This document shows positions 1 to 13,000 of a stretch of DNA of 64,000 nt, in pieces. The notes under the pieces were generated by a model. It was not told the origin of the DNA, searched no databases, and was given only the letters and a program-made list of their open reading frames with translations. The translations under genes were made by a program, and so were the position numbers. Source of the DNA: Azolla caroliniana (lineage: Eukaryota; Plantae; Polypodiophyta); assembly GCA_043228905.1 (NCBI GenBank), contig JBHGNT010000018.1, positions 124,001-188,000 of the forward strand, written 5' to 3'. Within the stretch, counting starts at the first letter, position 1. Every line of letters begins with the position of its first letter.

Positions 1-690
1 TTCATGTAGTAAGATACAAGCTAAACTAGTGGCCATTTCTACAGGTACTAAAGCAACACAATTGTCAACCACCATGGTGCTAAAACAACAAAATACTCCT
101 TCGACATTGTATCTATTATTTTGGTCTTTCTTCAAAAAGCATTAGCACACAACCCCACATGGTTATGTGTTGCCTTCTAAGTACCTTACCCTTGTAGTAT
201 GTACGTTATTAGAGCGCCAACTCTAAGCCCTTTGGTTCAAGGTTCAACTGTCACGCTTCCTTTTTCCCTTAATTTACTAGATGCCATTGTGGAATATTGG
301 GGTTGAACGCTTGACTTTCTAGTCTCTACGGACAACCTTGGCAATTGAGCTACAACCATATGCGTGGCACACGCCACACGCGTGTCTCCAAGCTCAAAGG
401 GAATGAGAAGGAATGCTTCCTCTTCTACATACATATATGATATTCTCATCTCATGTACATGTAAAAATCAATCGTTTTGAATCTTTTGATTTGGATACAT
501 ACATACTTCCTTTTTATTAACCTTTTATTTACATACATACATATGTATCCTTCATTAAAACTAGAGGGCGAGAGGAGAGAAAGGTAAGAAAGACAGACAG
601 AGAAAGAGAGCGTTTTAGGGTTCCCTTCGTCCAACGAACGACCTTCATCGTGTTACCTCGTCTTTTAGCAGTAGCCATAGTCTCACAGCC

Positions 691-2286
691 ATGACGTTGG
701 TACCTGCGAAGATCGTACTGTCATACATTGGAGGGTCTATGATTATCTCATACGCCGTCTGGGACCTCACCCGCCAGAGGAAGATATTTGGAGGTATGTC
801 TCTGTCTCTGTATCTAAACAACTCTAATCTTCTCTTAGATACTGCGTGCGTGCGTCTTTGCATGGATCGTCGATTTCGGGCTTTATGAATGTCTCTTTCA
901 TAAATTACTGGTATGCTAGATCTCTTTAAGACGAACTACAGGATATTCACTTCTATCCAGAGTGGGCTTGCAGTATCGCTACGATGAAGTTCTTTATGTG
1001 CAATATGTATAATACCGGGAATTGGGAAGTTAGAGGTCGAAGAAGGTTAAGAGTAGGTCCATTAGTCTCGGTTGAACCAGATGGAAAATCCATGCTGATA
1101 TGGTAAAGAATCATTTCGCATGCCGAAAGCTGCATGTTGATTTGGCACACTGTCATTAAACCCATGGGAATTGTTGAGACGAGATAGATTTAACATAAGA
1201 AGTGAACCATGTTGCTGGTAAGGCTCAAAGGAGAGAAATCAATGTAAATGCCATTTCATTTAGCTGCCACATGAGTGGTTAAATCCCCAACCTTCTAGTT
1301 GCGTGGGAGTTTGAATCACCTTTAACTAGTGTTCAGCCTTAGGAAAATCATAGTTTGGATATGGGTGGCTTTAACTTTATCTATATAGCTATATAAATGG
1401 CTAGCCACTATGGTGATGAGCCATTTAGCACCCATAACTAGAATTTAGCTAGTGAGCAGTTTTAAGCAGGATCAAGGCTAGAATGCTGATATCTAACTTA
1501 GGTATATTTAGGTGTGTAAAGAGCTTGCTGCCCTTCCGCATGTTTTCTTTTAAAGAAAGGAAACCATCATAGTTTATAAGAAAGCACAAGCCCTTTGGAA
1601 ATTAAATTATGAGGGGTGAATTAAGATTAGGGTGGATACTGTATGGCTGTGAACCTACACCTAATATGGTATATATATAGGGCTAGTTATTTTTATACAC
1701 AACACCTTATGGGAATGATTCAACACTCCTACACTATAAACTCTATCTAATTGGGGATCATTCATCACTCTTTAATGATGAATCTCCTCCATGATAAACT
1801 CTTAACCATAAGGTTTGAAATTGTGCTAACTATTTGTGTTCATCATTAAAGTGAATTCATTAGGATAGTGCAGTCCTAACTAGTAGTCCCACGTGGCATT
1901 CGATGAATGATTCATCACTCTTTAATCATCTATCTTCTCCACGATAAACTCTATCTATTAGGTGGATCATTCATCATTCTTTAATAATGGATCTCCTCCT
2001 TGATAAAATCTAAGCTTTAAGTCTTGAAATTGTTCTAACCATTTGTGTTCAGCAGATTAATGAATTTGTTAGGATATTACAGTCTTAACTGGTACTTTGA
2101 CTTGGCATTTTTTTATAAGATTACTTATGTTTCCTGGTAGGTACTATACCTCGAACATCAACGAAAGAATGGGAGGAGGCGACATTGAAGAAATTTGATG
2201 AAGGTTGGCCTCGTGTGGCTGGGCCACCTGTTGTCATGAATCCTCAGAGAAGACAAAATTACAGGATCGTCAATACGCAGGAATAA
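691..2286 (+). CDS. OZI1: Small OZI1-like / COX-X2 (plant cytochrome c oxidase COX4-like subunit, DUF1138) protein, 2 exons
   Basis: Exon 691-793 (MTLVPAKIVLSYIGGSMIISYAVWDLTRQRKIFG, donor GTATGT) joins exon 2141-2286 (after TGGTAG) to give ...KIFGGTIPRTSTKEWEEATLKKFDEGWPRVAGPPVVMNPQRRQNYRIVNTQE*. This matches the remembered Arabidopsis OZI1 motifs KIFGGTTP..KEW...WPRTAGPPVVMNP..RQN. Confidence 0.9.
1713..2110. repeat. Diverged intronic direct duplication (~190-210 bp, two copies with internal subrepeats)
   Basis: Blocks GAATGATTCA..CACTC..ATAAACTCTATCTA..GGATCATTCATCA..CTTTAAT..GAAATTGT.CTAAC.ATTTGTGTTCA..TTAGGATA..CAGTC.TAACT recur at about 1713-1900 and 1905-2110. Confidence 0.7.
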
Positions 2287-3991
2287 ACACGGTGCAAATC
2301 CTTCAGGATTTAAGAGTAAATAATCACATGAAAGAGATTGGCATTCTTTTTTTAACCTGAAAATGATTGTATGGATTTCCTTTAAATCGTTTGTGTGGAT
2401 TTTGAAACTTTCATGTTCATGCACAAATTGGAAAAATAAGTAGAGAAACTTTCATGTTCGACCATCTAAATACGTATGGCAACTGATTCCATATTCCAAG
2501 ACGAAAAATATCAATAAGCTTGCAGTCTCATGAGGTGATTGTAATGCCACACATTTTGGATCTTAGTATTTAGCTGGCTTATCATTATGGAAACGAAACA
2601 CTAGTAACGATCCTGCATATCTTGATCCTTTGATGCTGTAACATGGGTATAGTCTGTACATTGAATCAGGAGTTTGAGAGGAAATTATTCACGTGGATGC
2701 AACGTGCACATTTTAATGGTTGTTTTGAGGTAGGCTTGTTTTGATGTGTTCATTAATTTGTTCAAATTTGTCATTGACATATAAAGATAGCAAGCACTTC
2801 ACAGAAGTTATATAGATGTACACACATATATGACATATACATCTCAATGTCAAACATTAGACGAATTTGACAGCATTTCTTTGCTATTTTTCACAATGGA
2901 AGCGACTAGGGGGACAATAACTAGATCAAAAGTGCATTTGTTGGTATTCTTTTGATGCACATATGGTGTATGTACATTACACAACTCATTCTTTGATACC
3001 CTTGTGAAATGCTCTGTTTGTGTTATATTACCATTTGTAAAATGAGAATTTATGGGCACATCTGCATCTGTTGCCTTACCCTGAATTAATTAGAACTTCA
3101 CCTCTACTTGCAATACTTAATGAATAGGGGTTATCACTGCTATTTTTGTTTCATAAATTCCTGTTTTTTGTCGTATAACTTTTTTCGTCAACTTCGCTTT
3201 TTTTATTTAGCAACTTCATGCATAGTTTATTTTTGCTGTGTTGCTAAATTACCCCTATGATTCTGATAGTAGCAGGTATTATTAGTTGATAGGTTTTGGG
3301 TTTGTGAAGCCAAAGTCTATGCATTAAGTAGCTCTAAATATACAAGCAATCAATCAACTTTATACATGAATGACATTAATTTTCACGATGAAGGTATAAA
3401 GTACAGTACTATAATTTGATATATTGTTAAAAAAACTGCAGCAATCTAGTAGAGCCATTTACATATTTATAAAATTGGATATGGTTTATAAATACGAATT
3501 TAGGAGTTTGGGCTTATTCTTTCTAGTTGTAGTTAGGATATGTTATTTTAACTAATGGATATTGAGGTCTCATGCTTCTTTTTGTCATTGCTATGAAATA
3601 GGCATTAAGATAAAGACCAACCATTCAAATTCACTCATGAGTTCTATTTAAAAGTGTTGCAGCATTATAATATTACTGGTGTTTCTGTGAATAATGGCTA
3701 TTTGAATATTCACGTCTCACTACCTACATCTTATGAATCTAGGAGTCACTTTGCGATGTGTAGGTTATGAGACATCATTGCTTTTTCAGCATTGCTAATC
3801 TGCAATGTGCATATTGGAGTATCCAGATATGTATGAGCATCAATGATCAAGTATGGTAATCATGTAAAAACAACTCACATATCTTGAAGCAGGACCTAAA
3901 TGGATGTTGCATTGCATATATTAAAACACCTTCACAGCTTAAGAAGAGATATCTATATGCTAAAGAGGAATGAACTAAATGGAAAACGGGA

Positions 3992-4324
3992 ATTCATCTT
4001 CAACAAGAAAATAAATTGGGCTCCACATGAATAGATTTGATCTGGCATTCATCTTCCAGAAGAAAATAAATTGGACTCCACATGAATAGATTTAATCTGG
4101 CTTTCATCTTTCTAAAAGAAAATAAATTGGACTCCACATAGGTAGATCTGATCTCGCATTCATCTTCTAAAAGAAAATAAATTAGACTCCACACGAATAG
4201 ATCTGATCTGCATTCATCTTCCAAAATAAAATAAATTGGATTCCACATGAATAGATTCGATCTGGCATTCGTCTTCTAAAAGGAAATAAATTGGACTCAG
4301 ATGAATAGATTTGATCTGGGCATT
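3992..4324. repeat. 55-bp minisatellite, about 6 copies
   Basis: Unit approx TTCATCTTCTAAAAGAAAATAAATTGGACTCCACATGAATAGATTTGATCTGGCA. ATAAATT(G/A)G recurs at 4011, 4066, 4122, 4177, 4231 and 4286. Confidence 0.9.
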
Positions 4325-5131
4325 TCACAAAGACAATGATTTCTCCCTCTCAACATTTGTCGCTTGAGGCTCTGTGACCAAGTCAACATAACATAGAGGC
4401 CCACAAACCAACATGCACATAATGGTTATTTACAATAGACTATTGTATTAAGTAATAATTCAGGCACTCAAAACATCCAAGAAATTCAGCAAAAGTTGCA
4501 GATGAATCTAATTTCCAAAGACAGCATTTATTCTGAACCTTTACAGAAGAAAAGAGTAGGTACCACAAATTAATCATACATACGTGCAAATGGATGATAT
4601 CTCCACGGACAGAGAATGATTATTACTTGGCACTTCTTTATCAAGATAACAGAAGGCTGTCCTTTTTCTCTTTTATCCTGTCTTTTCAAAAGTTGCACTA
4701 ACATTTCCTTCTATTTCCCAAAAACAATTGACCCAGTCAACAAAAAATGAAATCTCCTAAAACATTACCAAGGAGCAAACGCAACCATTTCGTTTTATTT
4801 TATTTCCCAAAATATCTTGAACATATATAACAGAAGAAGATAGACCACTTCTGACTGATAGCAATATTTACTATACACATGCCTGATGGTCGGCAGAAAC
4901 ACATTTTAGGACATTTCACAATGGAAAGTAAGTCACAAATCCAATGTTTTGTTTTCACATTTTCCGATTGATGTTTTTTTAGGAGAGGGATATGCAATTC
5001 TTAGGTTGCCTGCCCAAAAATAAATAGCTCATGCCAAAGATATATTCAAAAGAAGATGGCAAACAATCAAAACACACCTAATCTAAGGAGCTTGATCAAG
5101 TGGAACCGGACCAACAACAATGTGGACGTTT

Positions 5132-7487
5132 TTATTCTTTTGTAGTACCAGATGCAGGTATGAGAGGGGGCTCATCATGACGAGGAGAAGCCGGAGAGGA
5201 TGCCAACTGAGGAATCTTTGCCGATGGAAGCTTAACAAGAAGCTGGCTATAATTACCTTTCTCCTTGAAGAGTTGCTTGAAGTGGTGCTTGCAATAGAGT
5301 CTTCCCTCCATGGCTGCATAGTTTGATGGGCTTATGGAGCAACCCCCTTGTAAACACTTGAAACATGCCTTATGATAGGACACACCCTCCACACTCACCT
5401 ATATAATAAAAAATAGAACACCAAAAATATGATAGAAAGCAAGGCCGTGATTATATGGAGAGTTTAAATCAACGCATGGATGCAGTCATAAAGTTTTTAC
5501 TTGCATGAAGGAAGCAAACAAGAAATTTCCTTCAAGAAATCAAAGATCTGAGAGATTTTCTGTAGCCATGGGTCAATATTCAGCATTTTAAAATCCTCAC
5601 CCTCTCAGGTGAAGAAATAAATGAGTGAATTTTCAAGCATATGTTTGCCATGTATTCCATTTGAAGGCTAAAAGTTACATCACTATTCAAACTCAAGCCT
5701 GAAAATGCTGACCTCCTTTGCCCTCTCCTGCACACCCTACCACTGTAGACACGATGGAGAAGATGGACAAGAAGGTCATAGATTCAGAATGCAGATACTT
5801 TTGCAAATACATCAGACCCTCAAAAAAAGAGACTGATGGGACATGAGAAACATGAACTCTTTGCTTAGCATAATACGTGACACCATATCTTTTAGAAACT
5901 TAAGGGTAATCATGAATCGAATGTACAAAGAAATTGATTAAACCAATTTTCTTTTGGTAAAAAATGAGATCAGAACATGTGGGGCAAATGAACAGAGAGG
6001 TGTGTACTTCTTTAGTTAAAAAGCTTCATAAACCAAAGTGGGAAACTGTGTGCCTGGTGATTGAAGCTTGCACTGGAAGAACAAGTAATTCAATTAAAAC
6101 TAATGTATCCTTCTTGAAGACAATATCTCTGGGACTGAGAACCACTTCTCTTGCATTTTCAAACTTCCATGACATCTTCCATACAATATATTATATACCT
6201 CCAGGCTCCATATACACCTTCCTTCTCAGAGGCAACCATCCGAGCAAGAAATTAATCCATACTCCGCACCAGGATTCCAATAGGAGTTCAGCAATCTTCC
6301 TTCTCACTTCCAACAAAACACCTCCTGATATCACTTAGGAAGATTGATGCATTAAATTTAAATATTATCCCTCCAATCAATAGAACTTAAAGTTCACTTC
6401 CAACAAAACACCTCCTGATATCACTTAGGAAGATTGATGCATTAAATTTAAATATTATCCCTCCAATCAACAGAACTGAAAGTTATGATGAAGAATGTTC
6501 TTCACGAGGGATTTTGAAAATTGTAGATCCTCTTTCAGAAGGTCATCTTCCAAACTTGTGATGACAAACACATGTTCCACTCAATGATAATCCTAAACAA
6601 AGTTCCCAGAAGATCTTGTCGATTGCAAAGTCATTTATAAAGCCATGAAGGAAAATCTGAGATGGATTTCCAAAAAGCAGTTATTTCTCCTCTCACCTAT
6701 GGATACATAATTTAAATATCGTCTTTTCCCACTCATTGCTGATGGACACCTTGACATCCAGACCTTCTTCTGCGATTTATACCCACAATGCATCTCAGAA
6801 TATGGAACTAAGCTCACCTTCTCCAAGGGATAGACTGTTTTGCTACAAGAGATGCATTTATCCTGTGTGCCAAACTTGAACGAAGAAAGCTTGCTTGGGG
6901 CTCTTTGCTGCATCAGTGTATTAAACAGAGAAGAAAAGTGTGTGAGATAAGATAAAAACTCAACCATGAACAAAAGCAAAAGGTAAAGAGAACCCTGTGT
7001 GAATTATATACCAGTCCAGGGACCTGGGTAGCAGGATAGATTTTATTCACAGGAGATACTGCCAAAAAAGGTTTCTGAAATGATTCAGTTTTTTCCAACA
7101 TTTAGAGCTCATTAGGCATACAGAGAAACGATGGAGAAAAAGTAGAGAACCTGATGCATCAGGGATCTTATTAGATATAAGCTGAAAATGAGGTTCACAA
7201 TAAGGAGAGCCTTCAAAGAATGAATAACCATCTACCTGCTCACATAGACAGGAGAGGAAATAAGAGAATCTCTCTATCTGTGTCTCTCTCTAACAATAAA
7301 GAAGGAAAGGGAGTTTTGACATGAAACTCTCTCTGTTCTGAGCACTACTTACCAGAGGCTTTTGGCATCTCTTGCATTTGAAGCAGGATTGATGATATAT
7401 TGAGCCATCCACAAGGAGCTCTTCGCTGAAGCTAAAGATAATCTTCTCACACACTTTGCACTTGGGGTGCTTTCCAACGAAGGCCAT
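5132..7487 (-). CDS. Plant two-LIM domain protein (WLIM/PLIM family, actin-bundling), 5 exons
   Basis: Exons 7487-7353 (MAFVGKHPKCKVC..YHQSCFKCKRCQKPL), 7235-7151 (VDGYSFFEGSPYCEPHFQ..), ~7058-7012 (donor ambiguous), 6907-6818 (QRAPSKLSSFKFGTQDKCISCSKTVYPLEK) and 5398-5132 (VSVEGVSYHKACFKCLQGGCSISPSNYAAMEGRLYCKHH..KEKGNYSQL). All are GT-AG, with the same intron positions as angiosperm LIM genes and the plant-specific CxxGGC in LIM2. Confidence 0.93.
6304..6484. repeat. Near-perfect 90-bp tandem duplication in LIM intron 4
   Basis: TCACTTCCAACAAAACACCTCCTGATATCACTTAGGAAGATTGATGCATTAAATTTAAATATTATCCCTCCAATCAA occurs at 6304 and 6394. Confidence 0.9.
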
Positions 7488-7680
7488 AACTTATCAAAAA
7501 CGAAACCCCAGATCTGTCCGAGTAATGGAGGAACAATGACAAATTACTAGTGACGGAAAAGTGTGATTGAGAGACGCACATAAAATCAAAGCAGATAACT
7601 GACCTGAGCAGAGAGGCAATGCCAGAACCGCTTAGATCCGAGATTTTTCTTCTCTGCAAGGCTCTTTTTGTATGCTTGTA

Positions 7681-7724
7681 CCTCCTCCTCCTCCTCCTCT
7701 TCTTCTTCTTCTTCTTCTTCTTCT
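7681..7724. repeat. (CCT)n(CTT)n microsatellite upstream of / in the 5' leader of the LIM gene
   Basis: Read directly from the sequence. Confidence 0.85.
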
Positions 7725-8859
7725 ATTCTGCCCTTTAGCTGCTGTGATGATCCTGTTCTCTCCTTTCTGCTTCTTCCGGAATGTTTCTGTTTCCTCTGGT
7801 TTTCTAGTCTCTTATGCTGCTGCTCTGCATAAATATTGCGGACCAATCACATTCGCCCACGTGTTTTCGTTGTTCTCTCCATTTTTTAGAATCCTTTTTA
7901 CTTCCAAGTTCCAATACATACATATTATGTATGTACGTACTACGCATGTATTTGTATAGTATGTACGTATGTATTTACGTATAGAAAAGATAGCACTAGT
8001 TTTGCCCACGCATATTCTTCTACCGATCTTCTCCTATGGTTGTGGAGTGGTTATGTATGGGTTAGGGGACAAGACTTATCACACATTGACCCACCACGAA
8101 GGTATGGATCACACCAACAAACAATGTCACTACATGTCCAAGGACATGCTCGCATGGCAGGATAACCCTCCTTTCACATGTGTCTACGTACGTCTCATTA
8201 ACAAACTCATCACTTGATACTTTCATAGTTAAAACAAAAGCTGGAATCACGATCAACACACAAATAATGGTGAACTTTTTGCTTAACTGTGTACGATAAT
8301 CAACATAATTCACCCTTATACTAGGAAATACATTGTTGGTTTGGCTTGGGCTTTTTTACTTTCCAAGTAGGTCTCCCTCTTGGATCAAATAACCCCCCCC
8401 CCCCCCCCCCCCCCTTTGCAAATGCCATCACGTGTGTCCCTACCACATCCAACTAGGAGATGGATTGTGGTACTCATAAAGTGATGAAGTGGTTCAACAA
8501 CAAGTGTCTTGACATCGAGAACTTGCCACATTTTCAATATCATACACAAGGAACGATGTATTGTGACAAGCAAGACCTACGACAATTCTATACCCAAAAG
8601 TCATTGCTCATACACATGTGCCACTTTTGCCAAAGGTGTCCTACCAAAAATACTATTTCACAAACTTTTCAAAGGATGGGCTCATACATATATAAAGGCA
8701 CATGGACATTTACCTACATACCCCATGGTGCTTGCAAAGCAATAGGCCACCTCATGGTTTCCTCTCACCAACTAATTAAGGCAAGTCAATCACTCATAAT
8801 ACATTAGACTTAAAGTTTTTGAAATTTATGTGAAATGAAATATCTAATTAGAGGAATGT

Positions 8860-9152
8860 TTTGTGTGTTGATGTTCGTCTTTAAACCACACCAACGAGAG
8901 AGTATATGACCCTCTAAGAGGCTCCACCACAATTCAATGGGAGACCTAATGAGATGAAAGTTTTGTGTGTTGATGTTCATCTTTAAACCACACCAAAGAG
9001 AATGATACGACCCTCTAAGAAGACTCCACCACCATGCAACAGAAGATGTAATGAGATGAATGCTTTTTGTTGGTGTTCATCTTTAAACCACACCAAAGAG
9101 AAGTATACAACCCTCTAACAGGACTCGAGAGAGTATATGACCCTCTAAGAGG
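8860..9152. repeat. 231-bp higher-order tandem repeat, left part (interrupted by copia copy A)
   Basis: A unit starts AGAGGCTCCACCAC at 8917. The next unit start (9148) coincides with the copia target site. Confidence 0.9.
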
Positions 9153-9433
9153 TGTCGAATACATGTGTATAATGGACGTATTCACACTATTCCGTTTTGG
9201 CCATTTATGAAATTATCATAAAGGGTAGTTGCCCTAAGTCGGTCACTATATATAGTGACCTTGTAACCTCTTTGTGAGGTTGGATGTTGTATTATTTGCT
9301 TTATGGAATAAAGACTCTTTTGTGCCTCTCTCTCTCTCTCTCTGTGCAACGACCTACCTTCTGTCATACGCAGGTACTCAGAACAGAACTGAATGCTCCT
9401 TGATCTTCCGCATTGACGACCTCGCTTTCAACA
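9153..9433 (+). repeat. 5' LTR of copia copy A
   Basis: TGTCGAATAC...TTTCAACA, repeated at 14305-14585. Confidence 0.97.
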
Positions 9434-9435
9434 TC

Positions 9436-9448
9436 TGGTATCAGAGCC
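9436..9448 (+). promoter_or_regulatory. Primer-binding site complementary to initiator tRNA-Met
   Basis: TGGTATCAGAGCC lies 2 nt after the 5' LTR. Confidence 0.93.
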
Positions 9449-10097
9449 TGCACAGTAGTCGGTCCTTCAATCCGCTGTCGGCCGTCGTCTCAGCATTCGG
9501 TTTCCTGCGTCATTCGAAGAAGAGAGAAGAAGAAGAAAAACAGGTTTGCATCTCATCGCGTTAGATCCTCTTGCTTGGAGTAAGCCTTCAGGTTGTACTC
9601 TGTTCCTTGTGATCGTAACCGCTCGAGGTGAAATCCCCTTGTGCAACATTGACGCGATCGTGCTCCACTCGGTTAAACAGCATCCGAAGAGGTAATCAAA
9701 CGCCGCTCGTTGTAACCACTCGGTGCAGATCGGTCTTAAGACAACAGCCCCAAATTCGTGCTTCATCTGGCTGATCGACATTCGGGAGGATCAGTTGGAT
9801 CCGTCTCTCTCGTCACTGCAGCCACCCGAAGCAGAATCGGTCCAAATAATCGGTTTCAATAATCGGTATTCGGCATATATATCCGAAGCGAACCGGGCTC
9901 ACTCCGACTCGGCAACATTCGGGAAGACCAGTCGGTTCTGTCCCTCAAGCTACCGGAGTCAATTCGAGCAAGTTCCGAAGCCGAACCGACTCGGGTTCAA
10001 ATCTGACTAGAACGATATCGGGTGAGCCAACCGGCTGCACTCCAACAAGGTTCGTAGTCAACTCCGAACCGAGCTTCGTCAACCGAAACCGAATTTG

Positions 10098-13000
10098 ATG
10101 GCATCAACATCCGGCTCGTCAGAAATGAGTCTACGAAAGTTCGATGGATCGAACTTCAACTTCTGGAAAGAGCAAATGCAGGACTATCTCATAGTCAAGG
10201 GACAAATCGATCCCATCGAAAATGAAGAACCTCCAGAAGGATACAAACCAGTTGAGTGGCAGAAGCTGGACAGAATCGTCCGTGCCACGATTCGGATGCA
10301 CCTATCGGAATCGGTATATTTTACGGTGCAATCGTGTACGACAGCATTCGAACTGTGGAAAACACTGTCGGACACTTACGAAAAGAAGGTCGCCGCAACG
10401 AAGATGTTTCTGATCCGGCGCCTCTACAACTTGCGGATGAAAGAATCCGATTCGGTTCAAGCACACCTCAATGAGTACGAAAGCATAAGCTCCCAAATCT
10501 CGTCACAGGGGACGGCAATTGAGGATGAACTCAGAGCAATGATACTCATGAGCAGCCTTCCCTCATCATGGGAAACTTTCGTCACAACCGTGTGCAACGC
10601 GTCAACCACGGCTGTTAAATACTCCGAAGTCACGAGCGCAATCCTGACCGAAGCAGCTCGGAGAAAGTCTTTCGCCAAAGACTCAACAGACGACGCTTAT
10701 GTAGTACAAGGTTTGACAGACCGATCGAACATACGAGGAAGAGATTCCTCACGACCGCCGAACAATCAGCGAAGACGGAGCCAGTCACGGGATAACCGAA
10801 TCTGCAATTATTGCAAGAAACCCGGACACATCAAAGCCGACTGCCGCGCACTCAAGAACAAGAACAACAAGAAGAGTGGCCGGCATGAGGAGATCAATTA
10901 CGTCAGCTTCTCAGCTGATGTACTACCTGACGACCCGAATATACTATCAATAGAAAATCCAGTCGGATCAGAAGTTCTACTCACGACTGAAGAATCGAGC
11001 ACATGGCTCTTGGATTCGGGCGCGTCATTTCACGTGACTCCTCATCGATCCCAATTTCGGCAATATACGATCCGTCGCTCCGACTCAGTTCGAGTCGGCA
11101 ACTCACAACACTGTGACATCGTCGGAATCGGCACAGTAGAGCTCAACCTTGCAGGGGGCTCTACACTTGTACTCCACAATGTCCGACATGTACCCGAGCT
11201 CACAAGGCCATTGATCTCAGTCGGACAACTAGATGAAGACGGCATTCGTGCCGGTTTTTCTTCGGGAGGGTGGACACTCCACAGGGGGAACCTCCTGCTT
11301 GCTAGAGGACCCAAGATACACTCACTGTATCCGTTACATGTTACGCTCAGAGAGGGTAACCTGTTTTTGGTGGATATTCCTGTGTCATCACTATGGCACA
11401 GAAGATTAGGACACCTCAGCAAGGCCGGCATCACGCACCTATCTAGAGCCGGATACATCCCTAAACTCTCCTTCTCCGACCATCAATTTTGCGAGCATTG
11501 CCAGTATGGCAAACAAGCAGCCACATCACACCCGACATCAGCACCAAGAGAATCGAGACCTCTCGATTTGGTCCACTCGGACGTCTGTGGCCCAATGCCG
11601 CATCAGTCTCTCGGTGGTGCCTCTTACTTCGTCACTTTTATTGACGATTCGACTCGAAAGGTGTGGGCTTATCTAATTCGCACCAAAGATCGGGTCTTCT
11701 CGATCTTCACCGATTGGCTCGCTATGGTAGAAAATCAAACCGACCGAAAGCTGAAATGCCTTCGGACCGACAATGGGGGAGAGTTCAAATCAGAAGAATT
11801 CGTCAAATTCTGCCGACAACGCGGCATCCGACGTGAATTTACGGCACCACACAGTCCGGAGCAAAACGGGATTGCAGAACGAATGAATCGGACAATCCAA
11901 GAAAGGATAGTTTCCATGCTCCAACACTCCGGACTGTCGGATGGCTTCTGGGCAGAGGCTCTACTCACGGCAGTACACATAATCAATATGTCGCCAAGTA
12001 GACCTCTAGGACTTCAAATTCCTCAGGAACTATGGAACGGCAGTAAGCCGAATTACGACAAGCTGAGGATCTTCGGATGCGAGGCGTACGCCCTTATTCC
12101 GAAAGATGATCGCCGAAAACTTGCACCTCGGTCCAGGAAATGCATTTTCCTTGGATATGGATCCGACGGCGAAATGGGATACCGACTCTGGGACCCCGAA
12201 CGCAGACAAATCGTTCGAAGTTCGGACGTTGTGTTCAACGAGTCGGCTATGAATCCATCAGTCGAAAAACCGATCGAAGTCCGAAGGGTAACATTTTCCG
12301 ATGTGCCGACCCTTCAAGAAGGCCCCGCTCTCAACACACGGTCAGCTTCACGGGTAGCTGAACCTTACACTACCGACTCGGACAACTCCGACTCGGCACA
12401 GCAGAACAATCCGCTTTCGGACCATCCGACCACGATACCCGATGCGACCAGTCCAATCATGCCTCGACGATCCGAGAGACTGTCGCAACCTCCGGAGAGG
12501 TATTCTCCTGGAATTTTCTTCACCGACGCCGGCGAACCGACGTCTTACGAAGACGCATCGACATCTGTCGATTCAGCCACCTGGCATCTGGCGATGGAGT
12601 CGGAAATGCACTCCATTCGGGCAAACAAGACTTGGGATCTGGTTGAATTACCCAGGAACCGACGTGCTCTTCCTTGCAAGTGGGTTTATCGACTAAAAGA
12701 GACGTCTGATTCGACCACCCCAAAGTACAAGGCCAGATTAGTTGCGAAGGGCTTCCGACAAGAATATGGTGTCGACTTCGACGAGATTTTTTCACCAGTG
12801 GTGAAAATGACAACCCTTCGTTTCCTACTCGGCGTAGTGGCAGCCGACAACTTGGAGCTGATTCAGCTAGATGTCAAAACAGCATTCCTCCATGGTGATC
12901 TTGACGAGGAAATTTATATGGAGCAGCCAAAAGGCTTCGTGGCCACCGGCCAAGAACATCTAGTCTGCCGACTCAGGAAGAGTCTATACGGCCTCAAACA

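Noticed and set aside
1413-1490. Possible intronic C/D snoRNA (GTGATGA...CTGA, with GCAGGATCAA complementary to the 18S rRNA 5' end)
   Set aside because: There is no terminal stem, and the 10-nt complement is not adjacent to a D or D' box. This is compatible with chance.
7586-7959. Poly-Glu and poly-Pro/Leu ORFs upstream of the LIM gene
   Set aside because: They are translations of the (CCT)n(CTT)n microsatellite.
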